Source: Chloroflexota bacterium (GTDB lineage Bacteria > Chloroflexota > Dehalococcoidia > UBA2979). Taken from it: a stretch of 43,351 nt of DNA. The stretch lies in the NCBI GenBank assembly GCA_002707835.1, contig PANZ01000012.1, forward strand, positions 55,340 through 98,690. The letters run 5' to 3'. The notes below the pieces were generated by a model. It saw only the letters and a program-made list of their open reading frames with translations, was not told where the DNA came from and ran no database searches. Both the position numbers and the translations under genes were made by a program. Below, piece after piece: positions 19,917 through 29,538 of this stretch (within the stretch, counting starts at the first letter, position 1; each line of letters opens with the position of its first letter).

Positions 19917-20147
19917 ATGAGAATAAAAAACATCGAATTCTTAAAAAATACTCTAGTCAACGATGACGATCCACGTTTCCCAATCTGGCTACCTATACCA
20001 GCTCTATTTGTTACTCTTGGATGGGTTTTTTATTCTGTTACAACTAGCTCAGCAGAGTTTCTCGAAACATTAATTTGGCCTGGATCAGCCATATTTTTTT
20101 GTACCTTGATTGCCACTTGGTTAGGCTGGCAAATTGATATCGATTAG
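19917..20147 (+). CDS. Small membrane protein (2 TM), hypothetical
   Basis: Two hydrophobic segments; fills the gap between cofE and holA on the same strand. Confidence 0.7.
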   Translation: MRIKNIEFLKNTLVNDDDPRFPIWLPIPALFVTLGWVFYSVTTSSAEFLETLIWPGSAIFFCTLIATWLGWQIDID

Positions 20148-20158
20148 GCAGAAACACT

Positions 20159-21187
20159 ATGCTACATATTTTTTACGGTACTGATGAATTCCAAACATCC
20201 CAAGAATTATCTGCGTTAAAGAAGAAGCTGGATGATGGAATGTTAGATTCGAATACAACAGTACTCCAAGGGCGTAGATTAACTGCTGAAGTATTAATTC
20301 AAAATATCATGGCTGTTCCTTTTCTTTCTAACAATAGACTTGTAATTGTTGAAGACCTTATAGCGACATTAGGTTCACGAAAGGGCATATTAGAAAATTG
20401 GAGACCATTTTTAGAACTTCTCCCTACTATGCCACCATCGAATCATTTGGTTTTAATTGAGCAACCAACACAAAATCGAGAGAATACCTCGAGAAGTTCA
20501 TTATTTAAAGAAATCTCACAATTAAATGATGTACACATAATTGAATCAAAGGAACTTAAAAACTGGTCATTCCAAGGGCAATCTGAATTAGGAACTTGGA
20601 TTCAAACAAGAGCGAAAGAAAAAAACATTGATATTACCGATGATGCAATCACATCTATCACTGAATTGATGGGGACAAATTTACGTTCTATCGATAATGA
20701 ATTAGAGAAATTAAAAACTTTTGCTGCTGCGAAAAATAATAATTCGATTTCGTTGGAAGACATCGCATTATTAACACCGATGTCTAAAGATGAAAATTTA
20801 TTTACACTTGTCGATTCCATAGTTGAAGGTAATATTTCCAAATCATTTAAATTGATGAATAATATCCTAAATTCTGGAAAGGTCGCACCGAGTCGTGTCA
20901 TGTCATTAATTTCAAGACAAATTAGATTGATGATTCGTACTGCAGAGTTATTAGAACAAGGTACGCAAAAAAAAATGATAGGAGAAATAATTGGTGTTCG
21001 CTCTAACTATCCTTTGAACAAAATAATTAAACAAACACAAAAAAATGACCCAAAAAAGTCAATTTCCGATTTAAAATATTTAGAACTTACCGACTCGTAT
21101 ATTAAGCAAGGAAAAATGACAGAACAATTAGGTCTTGAGTTAATTATTTGTAATTTTGCAGCCAAGACAGCGCAAAGAAACAGTTAA
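20159..21187 (+). CDS. holA: DNA polymerase III delta subunit
   Basis: MLHIFYG.DEF, PFL...RLVIVE, NELEKL, F.LVD, D..IK.G; length typical of HolA. Confidence 0.9.
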   Translation: MLHIFYGTDEFQTSQELSALKKKLDDGMLDSNTTVLQGRRLTAEVLIQNIMAVPFLSNNRLVIVEDLIATLGSRKGILENWRPFLELLPTMPPSNHLVLIEQPTQNRENTSRSSLFKEISQLNDVHIIESKELKNWSFQGQSELGTWIQTRAKEKNIDITDDAITSITELMGTNLRSIDNELEKLKTFAAAKNNNSISLEDIALLTPMSKDENLFTLVDSIVEGNISKSFKLMNNILNSGKVAPSRVMSLISRQIRLMIRTAELLEQGTQKKMIGEIIGVRSNYPLNKIIKQTQKNDPKKSISDLKYLELTDSYIKQGKMTEQLGLELIICNFAAKTAQRNS

Positions 21188-21218
21188 ACACAATTATATA
21201 ATCAACGAAAAATCAAAC

Positions 21219-21857
21219 CTACATCGAGCGAATAGCTGTAACTACCCGACCTTGAATTTCAATATTTGCAGGGTCAACATAAATTGGACTCATAGTTGCA
21301 TTCATCGGTTGCAATCGAATTTTTTCACCTTCATGGAAAAATTTCTTCAAAGTGGTCTCATTTTCACTCTTTAACCATACAGCAACCATTTCACCATTAT
21401 CACAACTTGAAGTTGGTTCAAGGACAACAATATCACCATCATTAATTAATGCATCAATCATCGAAGTACCTTCAACCATCAATGCAAATACTTTCTTACC
21501 TTGAGTTTGATCTTCTGTAAGTTCTAACATTTCCTGGTCAGAAGACCAGACATCACTTTCTGACGGCATTGGTAATGGCACACCTGCAGCAATTTTACCT
21601 AAGATAGGAACGGGTATTGTCCGTTTACTTTGGTTACTCTCAAGGGAAATTGAACGAGAAATTTCTTTGCCACGATGGATATAACCTTTTTCTTCTAAAC
21701 GTCTCAAGTTGTAGTCAACAACAGAAGTAGATGAAATGTCACATCCATCTTGAATTTCTCTCACTGATGGTGGATATTGATTATCATCCATAAATTCGAT
21801 TAGAAATTGCAAAATTTTCTGTTGGCGTGATGATAGTTCTCCCATTTGAGAATACAT
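21219..21857 (-). CDS. lexA: SOS repressor LexA
   Basis: YPPSVREI wHTH, Ala-Gly cleavage site (IAAG), catalytic Ser (GTSM) and Lys (TLKK). Start set at ATG 21857, behind AGGAG. Confidence 0.96.
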   Translation of the reverse strand: MYSQMGELSSRQQKILQFLIEFMDDNQYPPSVREIQDGCDISSTSVVDYNLRRLEEKGYIHRGKEISRSISLESNQSKRTIPVPILGKIAAGVPLPMPSESDVWSSDQEMLELTEDQTQGKKVFALMVEGTSMIDALINDGDIVVLEPTSSCDNGEMVAVWLKSENETTLKKFFHEGEKIRLQPMNATMSPIYVDPANIEIQGRVVTAIRSM

Positions 21858-21886
21858 AGAAACTCCTAAAAATTCGATCCAAATCA

Positions 21887-21900
21887 AAAACATATGTTCT
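21887..21900 (-). promoter_or_regulatory. Putative LexA operator (GAAC-N4-GTTC type)
   Basis: Minus strand AGAAC-ATAT-GTTTT, one mismatch from GAAC-N4-GTTC, about 30 nt upstream of the lexA start. Confidence 0.7.
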
Positions 21901-21986
21901 AATTAACATACCACCAGCAAAAATATAATCAACTGATAGAATTAATAAAACATGTATGACTACAAATTTTGATTAGGTTAAAGAGA

Positions 21987-22745
21987 ATGCGAACTGGACT
22001 AGAAGATATTTTGGGAGAACAAATCTCAGGCGAACTAAATCCAGACATGGATAATGGAGAATACAAACGAGCATTAGTAATTGCAGCTCATCCTGATGAT
22101 GCAGATCTTGGAGTAGGTGGGACAATATCGAAATTATCTCTTAATGGATGGGAAATTCGATATTTAATTGTGACAGATGGAGCAAAAGGAACAAATGATA
22201 TTAAGAAAACATATGATGAAATAGTTAACATCCGCCAGAAAGAGCAAATTAGCTCAGCCGCTTGTACTGGTGTAACTGATGTAAAATTCTTGGGGTATCC
22301 TGATGGTGAATTATATTCGTCAAAAGACTTAAGACAAATTCTGGTAAAAGAAATACGTGAATTCCGTCCTTTTACAGTCTATACACACGATCCTGAACCT
22401 ATCCTCATTAATAATCAAATAGTCAACCACTCCGATCATCGAACCACCGGGTTTGAAACTATCAATGCTATCTATCCATCAATCAGGGATCCAAAATATT
22501 TTCCGGAACATTTTCATAAAGGCATTTTGCCACATAAAGTGAGAGAATTGATTCTTTGGGGAACTAATAACGTCAATTATGAAGTCGATATAACTTCAAC
22601 AATCAAAGATAAATTACGAGCACTAATTGCTCACGAAAGTCAGTTCGATTTTACATCAAAAAAACTTTCAAAAATTGCTAAAGATTGGTCAAAAAGTAAT
22701 AAGAAATTTACAGAAGCATTTCGACGAATTATCATTTCTGAATAG
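21987..22745 (+). CDS. PIG-L/LmbE family deacetylase
   Basis: AHPDD metal motif, TDGAKG, YPDG, NHSDH, H.SQ; start uncertain (21969 or 21987). Confidence 0.9.
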   Translation: MRTGLEDILGEQISGELNPDMDNGEYKRALVIAAHPDDADLGVGGTISKLSLNGWEIRYLIVTDGAKGTNDIKKTYDEIVNIRQKEQISSAACTGVTDVKFLGYPDGELYSSKDLRQILVKEIREFRPFTVYTHDPEPILINNQIVNHSDHRTTGFETINAIYPSIRDPKYFPEHFHKGILPHKVRELILWGTNNVNYEVDITSTIKDKLRALIAHESQFDFTSKKLSKIAKDWSKSNKKFTEAFRRIIISE

Positions 22746-22753
22746 AAAAAACT

Positions 22754-23257
22754 ATGAAACTAACAAGTGAGCAAATCAAATTTTGTCCTCTTTGTGGAAC
22801 GCAAATCGAAAACACTTCACCACTTGATAACCCGACATGCCCAAATAATCATTTTGTTTGGTATCAAGACCCAAAAGTAGCCGTAGGAACGTTAGTAAAA
22901 AGAAATGACAAACTATTATTTGTCAAAAGAAAATTCCCTCCACATGTTAATAAATGGTCTTATCCTTCTGGATTCGTTGATGCAGGTGAAAAAGTTGAAG
23001 ATGCTGCAAAAAGAGAAGTATTAGAAGAAACAAATATTAATATCGAAATCGACAAGCTTCTAGGTGTCTATTCAAGTACCAATAATGACACAATTTTTAT
23101 TGCATACTCTGCACGTGCGATCAATGAAAATATAGTCATCGGATCCGAATCAGTAGATGTATCTTGGTTTGAAGTCAATCATTTGCCTTCTTTAGCTTTT
23201 AAACATGACCAGAAGATATTGCAAAGATGGAAAGATCTTTACTACAAGAGTAGTTAG
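22754..23257 (+). CDS. NUDIX hydrolase with N-terminal Zn ribbon
   Basis: FCPLCG...CPNNH, Y.DPK, Nudix box PSGFVDAGEKVEDAAKREVLEET, LAF.H. Confidence 0.9.
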   Translation: MKLTSEQIKFCPLCGTQIENTSPLDNPTCPNNHFVWYQDPKVAVGTLVKRNDKLLFVKRKFPPHVNKWSYPSGFVDAGEKVEDAAKREVLEETNINIEIDKLLGVYSSTNNDTIFIAYSARAINENIVIGSESVDVSWFEVNHLPSLAFKHDQKILQRWKDLYYKSS

Positions 23258-23320
23258 ACTACACAAGCTAATAAAATTAAAAATGAATATTGAAATTCTA
23301 AAAATAGATAGGTAGCACCA

Positions 23321-24814
23321 ATGGCGGGCCATTCAAATCCAAAAAATTACACTGAACTAGAGAAAATTTTTCACCCACAAAGTGTAGCAATTGTTGGTGT
23401 CCCTTCTGGATCTGGTCAGGCAACTATGGCTAGTGGATTCCTTAATTCTCTTTTAGAACTAAAATTTCAAGAGATTCATTCTCTGTATCCAGTCAATCCA
23501 AAAATGGACGAAGTTGAAGGTTTGAAATGTTATAAAAACCTACTCGAAATCGATGGTGAAGTTGATCATGTTATTTCGATGGTACCTGCGCATGTCGTAC
23601 CACAATTAGTTGAGGATTGTGTCACTAAAAAAGTTAACTCTGTTCACTTTTATACAGCTGGCTTTTCTGAGACTGGAGATCCTGCGATGGTCGAAAAAGA
23701 GAAAGAATTAATCACAAAATTAAAAGATGCTGGTATCCGTGCAATTGGTCCCAATTGTATGGGTTTATACGTTCCTTCCGAACGAATAGGGTTTATGAAT
23801 GGATTCCCTCCTGAATCAGGCAATGTTTTCTTACTCTCACAATCTGGTGCAAATGCCGGAGACGTAGTTCATGGACTTGCAAAACGAGGTGTTCGATTTT
23901 CTAAAGCAGTTTCATTTGGCAATGGTGCTGATATTAAAGCACATCATCTTCTAAACTATGCCGCGCAAGATCCTGAAACTGAGGTGGTTGCAGCATATAT
24001 GGAAGGTGTCCAAGAAGGCCGTGATTTCTTTCAAGCTCTAAAAATGTGTGCTTCCATAAAACCTACCGTAATACTAAAAGGTGGGATTCATGCAGCTGGT
24101 GCAAGAGCAGCCAACTCGCATACAGGATCATTAGCTGGATCTATCCAAATTTTTGAAGCTGCATGCCGACAAGCTGGTGCAATGCGAGCTGAAACAATGG
24201 ATGATCTACACGATTTGATTATTACTCTAACAACAAATGCAAAATCAATAAAAAATTCAGGAGTTGCTTTAGTTTCTGGCGGAGGGGGATACGCAGTTCT
24301 TTCCTCTGATGCCATTGCTACTGCAGGGCTAGACGTACCACAAATGCCTACAGAAACAGTTGAACAGTTACGCGAGTTTATCCCTGTAGCTGGGACAAGT
24401 GTGAATAATCCAATTGACACAAATCTTTCAGATAAAGATTTACAGGTAAAAATGCTCGGGATAGTCGCGAACTCTACTGTAACCGATGTGGTCTTTACCA
24501 ATGCGCAATTTAATACACCCAGAAAGAATAAAGAACAAGAAACTCCTGCAGATAAAACAGAATCCGTTCGAAGTGAATCTCTTGAATCAGCAAACACTAT
24601 TGCATCACTCCAAAATCAAACAAAAATACCATTCATAGCAATACAAAGGACTCGTTCTTTTGGAGAATTAGCTGGTATTGCTAACGATACTTTCGCCAAT
24701 GAAGCTTACCGCAATGGGATAGCTGTGTATCCCACTGTTAGTAGAGCTGCAAGAAGTTTAGGATTAATACTTGATTGGCGAAAACGTAGAACGGGACTTC
24801 CAGAAATTTTTTGA
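23321..24814 (+). CDS. Acyl-CoA synthetase (NDP-forming) alpha-like CoA-binding protein
   Basis: P.SVAIVG, YPVNP, GFSE, GPNCMG, SQSG, phospho-His motif SHTGSLAG, NPID; no ATP-grasp domain. Confidence 0.88.
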   Translation: MAGHSNPKNYTELEKIFHPQSVAIVGVPSGSGQATMASGFLNSLLELKFQEIHSLYPVNPKMDEVEGLKCYKNLLEIDGEVDHVISMVPAHVVPQLVEDCVTKKVNSVHFYTAGFSETGDPAMVEKEKELITKLKDAGIRAIGPNCMGLYVPSERIGFMNGFPPESGNVFLLSQSGANAGDVVHGLAKRGVRFSKAVSFGNGADIKAHHLLNYAAQDPETEVVAAYMEGVQEGRDFFQALKMCASIKPTVILKGGIHAAGARAANSHTGSLAGSIQIFEAACRQAGAMRAETMDDLHDLIITLTTNAKSIKNSGVALVSGGGGYAVLSSDAIATAGLDVPQMPTETVEQLREFIPVAGTSVNNPIDTNLSDKDLQVKMLGIVANSTVTDVVFTNAQFNTPRKNKEQETPADKTESVRSESLESANTIASLQNQTKIPFIAIQRTRSFGELAGIANDTFANEAYRNGIAVYPTVSRAARSLGLILDWRKRRTGLPEIF

Positions 24815-24910
24815 TTTTGAGTATAGTGACTAGATAACCATACGTAATACAAGTATCGTGACAGTGTGATACTAAGCTAAGTTTTGATGCAGTTTCTGAA
24901 GGGGAATAAC

Positions 24911-26005
24911 ATGCAAGCAGCCGTAATGCGAAGTGGTGCCAATCAATTACAAGTAGAAAACCTAGAGCAAGCACAACCTAAATCTGGTGAAGTACTCATT
25001 CGCACAGGAGCAGCAGGACTTTGCGCGAGTGACATTCATATAATACACGGTACTGCGCAAGTTCCTTTGCCGTGTGTTCTAGGGCATGAAGGTGCTGGAA
25101 CAGTAGAAGCAATAGGTGAAGGAGTAACAAATGTAAAACCTGGAGATAGATGTGTTCTTTCTTTCGTTTCTAATTGTGGGCATTGCAGAATGTGTAGATC
25201 TGGCCATCCCCATCTATGTGATGTCAATGCACTTTCGGGTGCAAAACAATTTGATGGGACTACCAGATTAACAGACCAAAATGGGCAGGAAGTTTTTCAG
25301 ATGTCCAAATTGGGGGTTTTTTCTGAATATCAAGTAGCACCAGCACAAGCGTGTTACCCCATGCCTGATGCTGTACCTATGGAGGTAGCTGCATTAATCG
25401 GATGTTCTGTCACAACTGGTGTAGGAAGTGTAATCAATGCACCAAAAGCTCGTGCAGGTATGACTGTAGTAGTTATCGGAGCAGGTGGTGTAGGAATTAA
25501 TGCGATCCAAGGAGCACGTTTAATGAACGCATCTCGCATTATTGTAGTTGATATTGCTGAACACAAACTTGAATTTGCAACCCGTTTTGGAGCAACCGAT
25601 ATTATTGACGCGACAACCACATCAGCTACAGATGCAATTCTTGAATTAACTAATGGAGGAGTAGATTTAGCGTTAGATACTTTTGGTGGTATCGAAACAA
25701 CTCAACAAGCCATTGGGTCATTGCGTAAAAATGGAGTTGCTGTTGTAGTCGGCCTAGCAGCATTAGGTGACAAAGCAAATATTGATCTTGTTGATATAGT
25801 TAGAATGCAAAAAACTGTAACTGGTGCCTACTATGGATTAGCAAGTCCACATGAAACTTTTCGTACGATGATTGAACTTTACCTAAAAGGAGATTTATTA
25901 ATTGATGAAATAATTGAACGCCGCTACAACCTTGAAGAAATAAATGAAGGTTTTGAAGCTCTTGAACGAGGTGAAAACGGTAGAGGTGTTCTTGTTTTCA
26001 ATTAA
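24911..26005 (+). CDS. Zn-dependent alcohol dehydrogenase (class III/formaldehyde dehydrogenase-like MDR)
   Basis: GLCASD, GHEGAG, structural Zn CGHCRMC...C, GCSVTTG, GAGGVG. ATG 24911 behind GAAGGGG. Confidence 0.93.
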   Translation: MQAAVMRSGANQLQVENLEQAQPKSGEVLIRTGAAGLCASDIHIIHGTAQVPLPCVLGHEGAGTVEAIGEGVTNVKPGDRCVLSFVSNCGHCRMCRSGHPHLCDVNALSGAKQFDGTTRLTDQNGQEVFQMSKLGVFSEYQVAPAQACYPMPDAVPMEVAALIGCSVTTGVGSVINAPKARAGMTVVVIGAGGVGINAIQGARLMNASRIIVVDIAEHKLEFATRFGATDIIDATTTSATDAILELTNGGVDLALDTFGGIETTQQAIGSLRKNGVAVVVGLAALGDKANIDLVDIVRMQKTVTGAYYGLASPHETFRTMIELYLKGDLLIDEIIERRYNLEEINEGFEALERGENGRGVLVFN

Positions 26006-26018
26006 GGAAATATAATTC

Positions 26019-27050
26019 ATGAAATCTCCTGCTTTTGGATTGAACAGATTCGACTTTTCAACTCCAAATTTATTTGCTGAAGATGTCAAACGTGCTGAAG
26101 ATCTAGGGTGGGATTATGCTTTTGTCCCTGATTCACAGTTACGTCGACATGATACGTACGTATTACTAGCATCTGCAGCTTCTAAGACTTCCAAAATTAA
26201 TCTCGGTACTCTGCTCGCAAACCCAATCACAAGACACTTAACAGTCACTGCGGGATCAATAGCGACTGTAGATGAAGTTTCAAACGGAAGAGCACTATTA
26301 GGTCTTGGAATAGGAGATACAGCTGTTCGATTAGCAGGATTAAGTCCAGCAAAAGTCACAACTCTTGAAAAAAGCACAAAATCAATTCGTGCTCTTCTTA
26401 GAGGCAAAGAAATCGAACTTGGAGCAGTAAAACCATCACATCTTCCACATCACCGCCCTGTTCCAGTATGGATAGCTGCTGCAGGACCTCGAACCTTGCG
26501 AGCAGCAGGACGAGTAGCAGATGGTGTTTTTATTCGTGTCGGAATGCATCTTGAAAATATAAAATCGTCAATTGAACAAATATTCTCTGGTGCACGTGAA
26601 GCAGGTAGAGATCCTAACGAAATCAAATTAGGATTGGTAGTCCACACAATCTTAGAAGATAATATTGATAAAGCAGTACTAATGGGTAAATCCATGGCAG
26701 CTGGATATTATGAATATTCTCCATTTCTCTTCGATAAACCTTCCATTCCATGGGAAGGTCCTGACGTTGAACATCTTAAAACTAAGATACATCCTGATTT
26801 TCACCATCATACAGATCTTGTTGAGTCAGGTGGCTTAGTCAATTTCTTACCTGATAGTGCAGCATATTCTTTTGCCGCACTGGGATCGGCAGAAGATATA
26901 ACACAACAATTTCAGACCGTACTCTCACAAGGAATAGAATTTGATATCGTTGTACCACATCCTGTTCCTAATCCAAGGACAAAATCAAATGTTAAAAAAC
27001 AAACTTACATGGAAATTATGGGCAAAGAAGTCCTCCCCAAATTAAAGTGA
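26019..27050 (+). CDS. LLM-class (luciferase-like) oxidoreductase, probably F420-dependent (Mer-like)
   Basis: AE.LGWD...PDS, NPITRH, S.GR..LGLG.GD, PVWIAAAGPRTL..AG.VADG. Confidence 0.88.
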   Translation: MKSPAFGLNRFDFSTPNLFAEDVKRAEDLGWDYAFVPDSQLRRHDTYVLLASAASKTSKINLGTLLANPITRHLTVTAGSIATVDEVSNGRALLGLGIGDTAVRLAGLSPAKVTTLEKSTKSIRALLRGKEIELGAVKPSHLPHHRPVPVWIAAAGPRTLRAAGRVADGVFIRVGMHLENIKSSIEQIFSGAREAGRDPNEIKLGLVVHTILEDNIDKAVLMGKSMAAGYYEYSPFLFDKPSIPWEGPDVEHLKTKIHPDFHHHTDLVESGGLVNFLPDSAAYSFAALGSAEDITQQFQTVLSQGIEFDIVVPHPVPNPRTKSNVKKQTYMEIMGKEVLPKLK

Positions 27051-27075
27051 TTAGAAATAGACTATTGGAGTAATC

Positions 27076-27411
27076 ATGGAAATAAAATTAACTTTGACTG
27101 AAAGAGGTAATGACCATCACGAGGCAGTACGACTATTATTACAGGAAGCAATGGCGGAGGCTGGAGTTTCATCAACAACTATTGATGAAACAATCATACG
27201 TAGCGACGAAGAAGCCATCAATATAAAATGCTTAGGTTCACCAACTATAAGAATTAATGGATTAGATATTGAATATCGCGAGAGAGAACCTGAAGAAACT
27301 ACAGCAGGTGTTCGTTACTATAATACTCCTGCTGGTTGGAAATCTATCCCGGAAAAAGGTTTAATTATACGAGCTTTAGAAAGAGCATTAACAGATGAAG
27401 AAAATATCTAG
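27076..27411 (+). CDS. Small thioredoxin-fold protein (DUF2703/alkylmercury-lyase N-terminal-like)
   Basis: EEA....LGSPTIRINGLD and RYY.T..G...IP motifs; GGAG SD. Confidence 0.7.
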   Translation: MEIKLTLTERGNDHHEAVRLLLQEAMAEAGVSSTTIDETIIRSDEEAINIKCLGSPTIRINGLDIEYREREPEETTAGVRYYNTPAGWKSIPEKGLIIRALERALTDEENI

Positions 27412-27426
27412 AGAATTAGTCTACGC

Positions 27427-27777
27427 ATGAAAAAATCAAAAAAAAATCTCTTTACATCTCGTATCAAAAAAATTTCAGAAAGTGTACGAGAAAACGCAAA
27501 AGAGTTTACTGACCAAAATATTGAGTACACGCAATATAATAATGCGCTTGAAAACGCAAAGAAAAAAATTTCCCCCCGTCTTAAAAGTGCTGCAAAAAAA
27601 ACCGAAAATTATATTAAAGAACATGAGGAAGAAATTACTGAAAACACCCAAAAGAGTGGAAAATTTATTGCTCAGCAAGCATTACGAATGGCAACACCAC
27701 CTATACTAAGGCCTGCTATTGACGCGATGAAGGAAGAATTGAATAAGAAAGAGAATAATTCTGACAACAAAGATTAA
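27427..27777 (+). CDS. Hypothetical charged helical protein
   Basis: 116-aa Lys/Glu-rich ORF filling the gap; stop overlaps the convergent gene. Confidence 0.65.
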   Translation: MKKSKKNLFTSRIKKISESVRENAKEFTDQNIEYTQYNNALENAKKKISPRLKSAAKKTENYIKEHEEEITENTQKSGKFIAQQALRMATPPILRPAIDAMKEELNKKENNSDNKD

Positions 27778-29021
27778 TTTGTAAGATCCAATCCTAAGAC
27801 TTGACTCATCTCTAAAATAGCAGAAGCACCCATTTTAGAAGAAATCTCATCAGCAACAATTAGAGTAGATATATCTCTTAGTGCATCAATCGCTAAGGGA
27901 GTATTCAAGTCATCATCCATAGCATCCATAAAAACATTTCGTAAAGATTGCAGTTTTATAAGACCCTTACTTTCAGTATGATTATTTTTGACAGCATTCT
28001 TAAAAAGTTTTATATCGCTGTGCGCTTGGCTTAACTGGTCTTTCGAAAAATCCCTGTCATCTCTATAATGCTCCATAAGCAAACTTAATCTAATTGCATT
28101 ACCTGTAAAACCATCGTTGAGAAGTTCATGTACTTTTACTAAATTGCCAAGTGACTTGGACATTTTTTCACCGTTTAATTGCATAGTCCCATTATGCACC
28201 CAATATGAAACAGCAGGTTTAGCACCTGTTAAAGATTCAGTCTGTACAATTTCAGAATCATGATGAGGATAAGCTAAATCTTTACCACCACCGTGAATAT
28301 CAATTTGATCGCCTATATTAGAACGTGCCATTACAGAACATTCTATATGCCAACCTGGGCGACCTTTTCCCCAAGGGGAATCATACATTGCTTCAGGGTG
28401 TTGAGAAGGTTGCCACAATAGAAAATCAGAACTGTTTACCTTTAGATGTTCAGGTTCATCTGGCATCGTATCAGTGCGAGGCATAGTCGATAATTTATCA
28501 AAACTATATCCTGATAAAATTCCAAATGATCTTGTATTTGACGTATTGAAAAACACATAACCATCAACATTATATGCAAATCCTTGCTGTTCAAGAATAA
28601 TGATACTTTGAACAATGTCTTGAATATAATCTGAAACAAGTGGAAATTTATCAGGGCGCATCACATTTAATGCATCCATTTCTTCTAAATAAATTGAATG
28701 ATTTTTTTCAGTTAAATCTGCTATCGATATATCCAATTCAACAGATTTACGAATCATATCATCATCAATATCAGTAATGTTTTGTATATGGGTTACTTCA
28801 TAACCTGAAAAATCTAACCAACGATGCAAGGTGTCTTGCACAGAATAAACTAGTGCATGCCCCAAATGACCCACATCGTAAGGGGTAATTCCACAAACAT
28901 ACATTGTTGCTTTACCTTCATCTAAAGGAATAAAAAGCTCTTTAGTACGTGTTTTTGAATTGTATAATTTAAAGCCATCCATATGACGTGGTTGCAAGTC
29001 TAAATTTAAGCCATCGACCAA
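27774..29021 (-). CDS. CysRS paralog, MshC-like cysteine ligase
   Basis: CGITPYD..HLGH (MshC-type rather than CGPTVY), GRPGWHIEC, KMSKS, DDLNTP; ends at 415 aa with no CysRS anticodon-binding domain. Confidence 0.8.
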   Translation of the reverse strand: MVDGLNLDLQPRHMDGFKLYNSKTRTKELFIPLDEGKATMYVCGITPYDVGHLGHALVYSVQDTLHRWLDFSGYEVTHIQNITDIDDDMIRKSVELDISIADLTEKNHSIYLEEMDALNVMRPDKFPLVSDYIQDIVQSIIILEQQGFAYNVDGYVFFNTSNTRSFGILSGYSFDKLSTMPRTDTMPDEPEHLKVNSSDFLLWQPSQHPEAMYDSPWGKGRPGWHIECSVMARSNIGDQIDIHGGGKDLAYPHHDSEIVQTESLTGAKPAVSYWVHNGTMQLNGEKMSKSLGNLVKVHELLNDGFTGNAIRLSLLMEHYRDDRDFSKDQLSQAHSDIKLFKNAVKNNHTESKGLIKLQSLRNVFMDAMDDDLNTPLAIDALRDISTLIVADEISSKMGASAILEMSQVLGLDLTN

Positions 29022-29100
29022 GAGGCACCTCGCTCAAACAAGTAGAATATGCTAAAAAAAGCTCTTTGCATATTGATTTTTATCAATCTTAACAATCCAA

Positions 29101-29538
29101 TCACTGATCCCAAATTATCCGTCTAGCAAAACAATGGTCACATAAAACTGCTGATATTTTTTGAGAATTGCCCATCCCAAATTCTATGATATCCGCAATT
29201 TTCAAATGCAATTTACAAAAAAGATACTGACACCTATTACATTGTATTTCCATAACTGAATCACAATTCTCAATAGCACAAATTTGTTCTTCATTCGCAA
29301 CTTTTACTCGAAGCTTCCATTGCAAATGCATTTCTACATCTGTTTTTTTAGCCAAACATCCATTTCTATTACAAACTTCTAAATAGTTTGGGCCGACTAC
29401 CCCATGACTCTCACAAAATCGGAAATTGCAGTAAACACACTGACCTACTGAATCAACTCGACATTTCCTACGGAAAATACTTTCACGCCAATTACAAAAA
29501 TCTGGTGATCGTTTTATAAAATTTAAATAATTTTTAAT
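29101..29538 (-). CDS. Tandem Cys/His Zn-finger protein (AN1/B-box-like); true start upstream of the ORF-track call
   Basis: Frame is open from 29538 to 29101 and encodes two copies of C-x7-C-x2-C-x3-F-C-x2-H; the only canonical start (TTG 29355) lies between the two repeats. Confidence 0.7.
   Translation of the reverse strand: MKNYLNFIKRSPDFCNWRESIFRRKCRVDSVGQCVYCNFRFCESHGVVGPNYLEVCNRNGCLAKKTDVEMHLQWKLRVKVANEEQICAIENCDSVMEIQCNRCQYLFCKLHLKIADIIEFGMGNSQKISAVLCDHCFARRIIWDQ

Noticed and set aside
27774-29021. Annotation as housekeeping cysS
   Set aside because: Lacks the anticodon-binding domain and has the CGIT motif; symbol withheld.
13318-29103. Other TGA-terminated genes as selenoprotein candidates (cobU, LLM, Zn-finger gene)
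   Set aside because: Their TGA codons fall at plausible natural C-termini, not at conserved Cys positions, and no SECIS-like hairpin was noticed.
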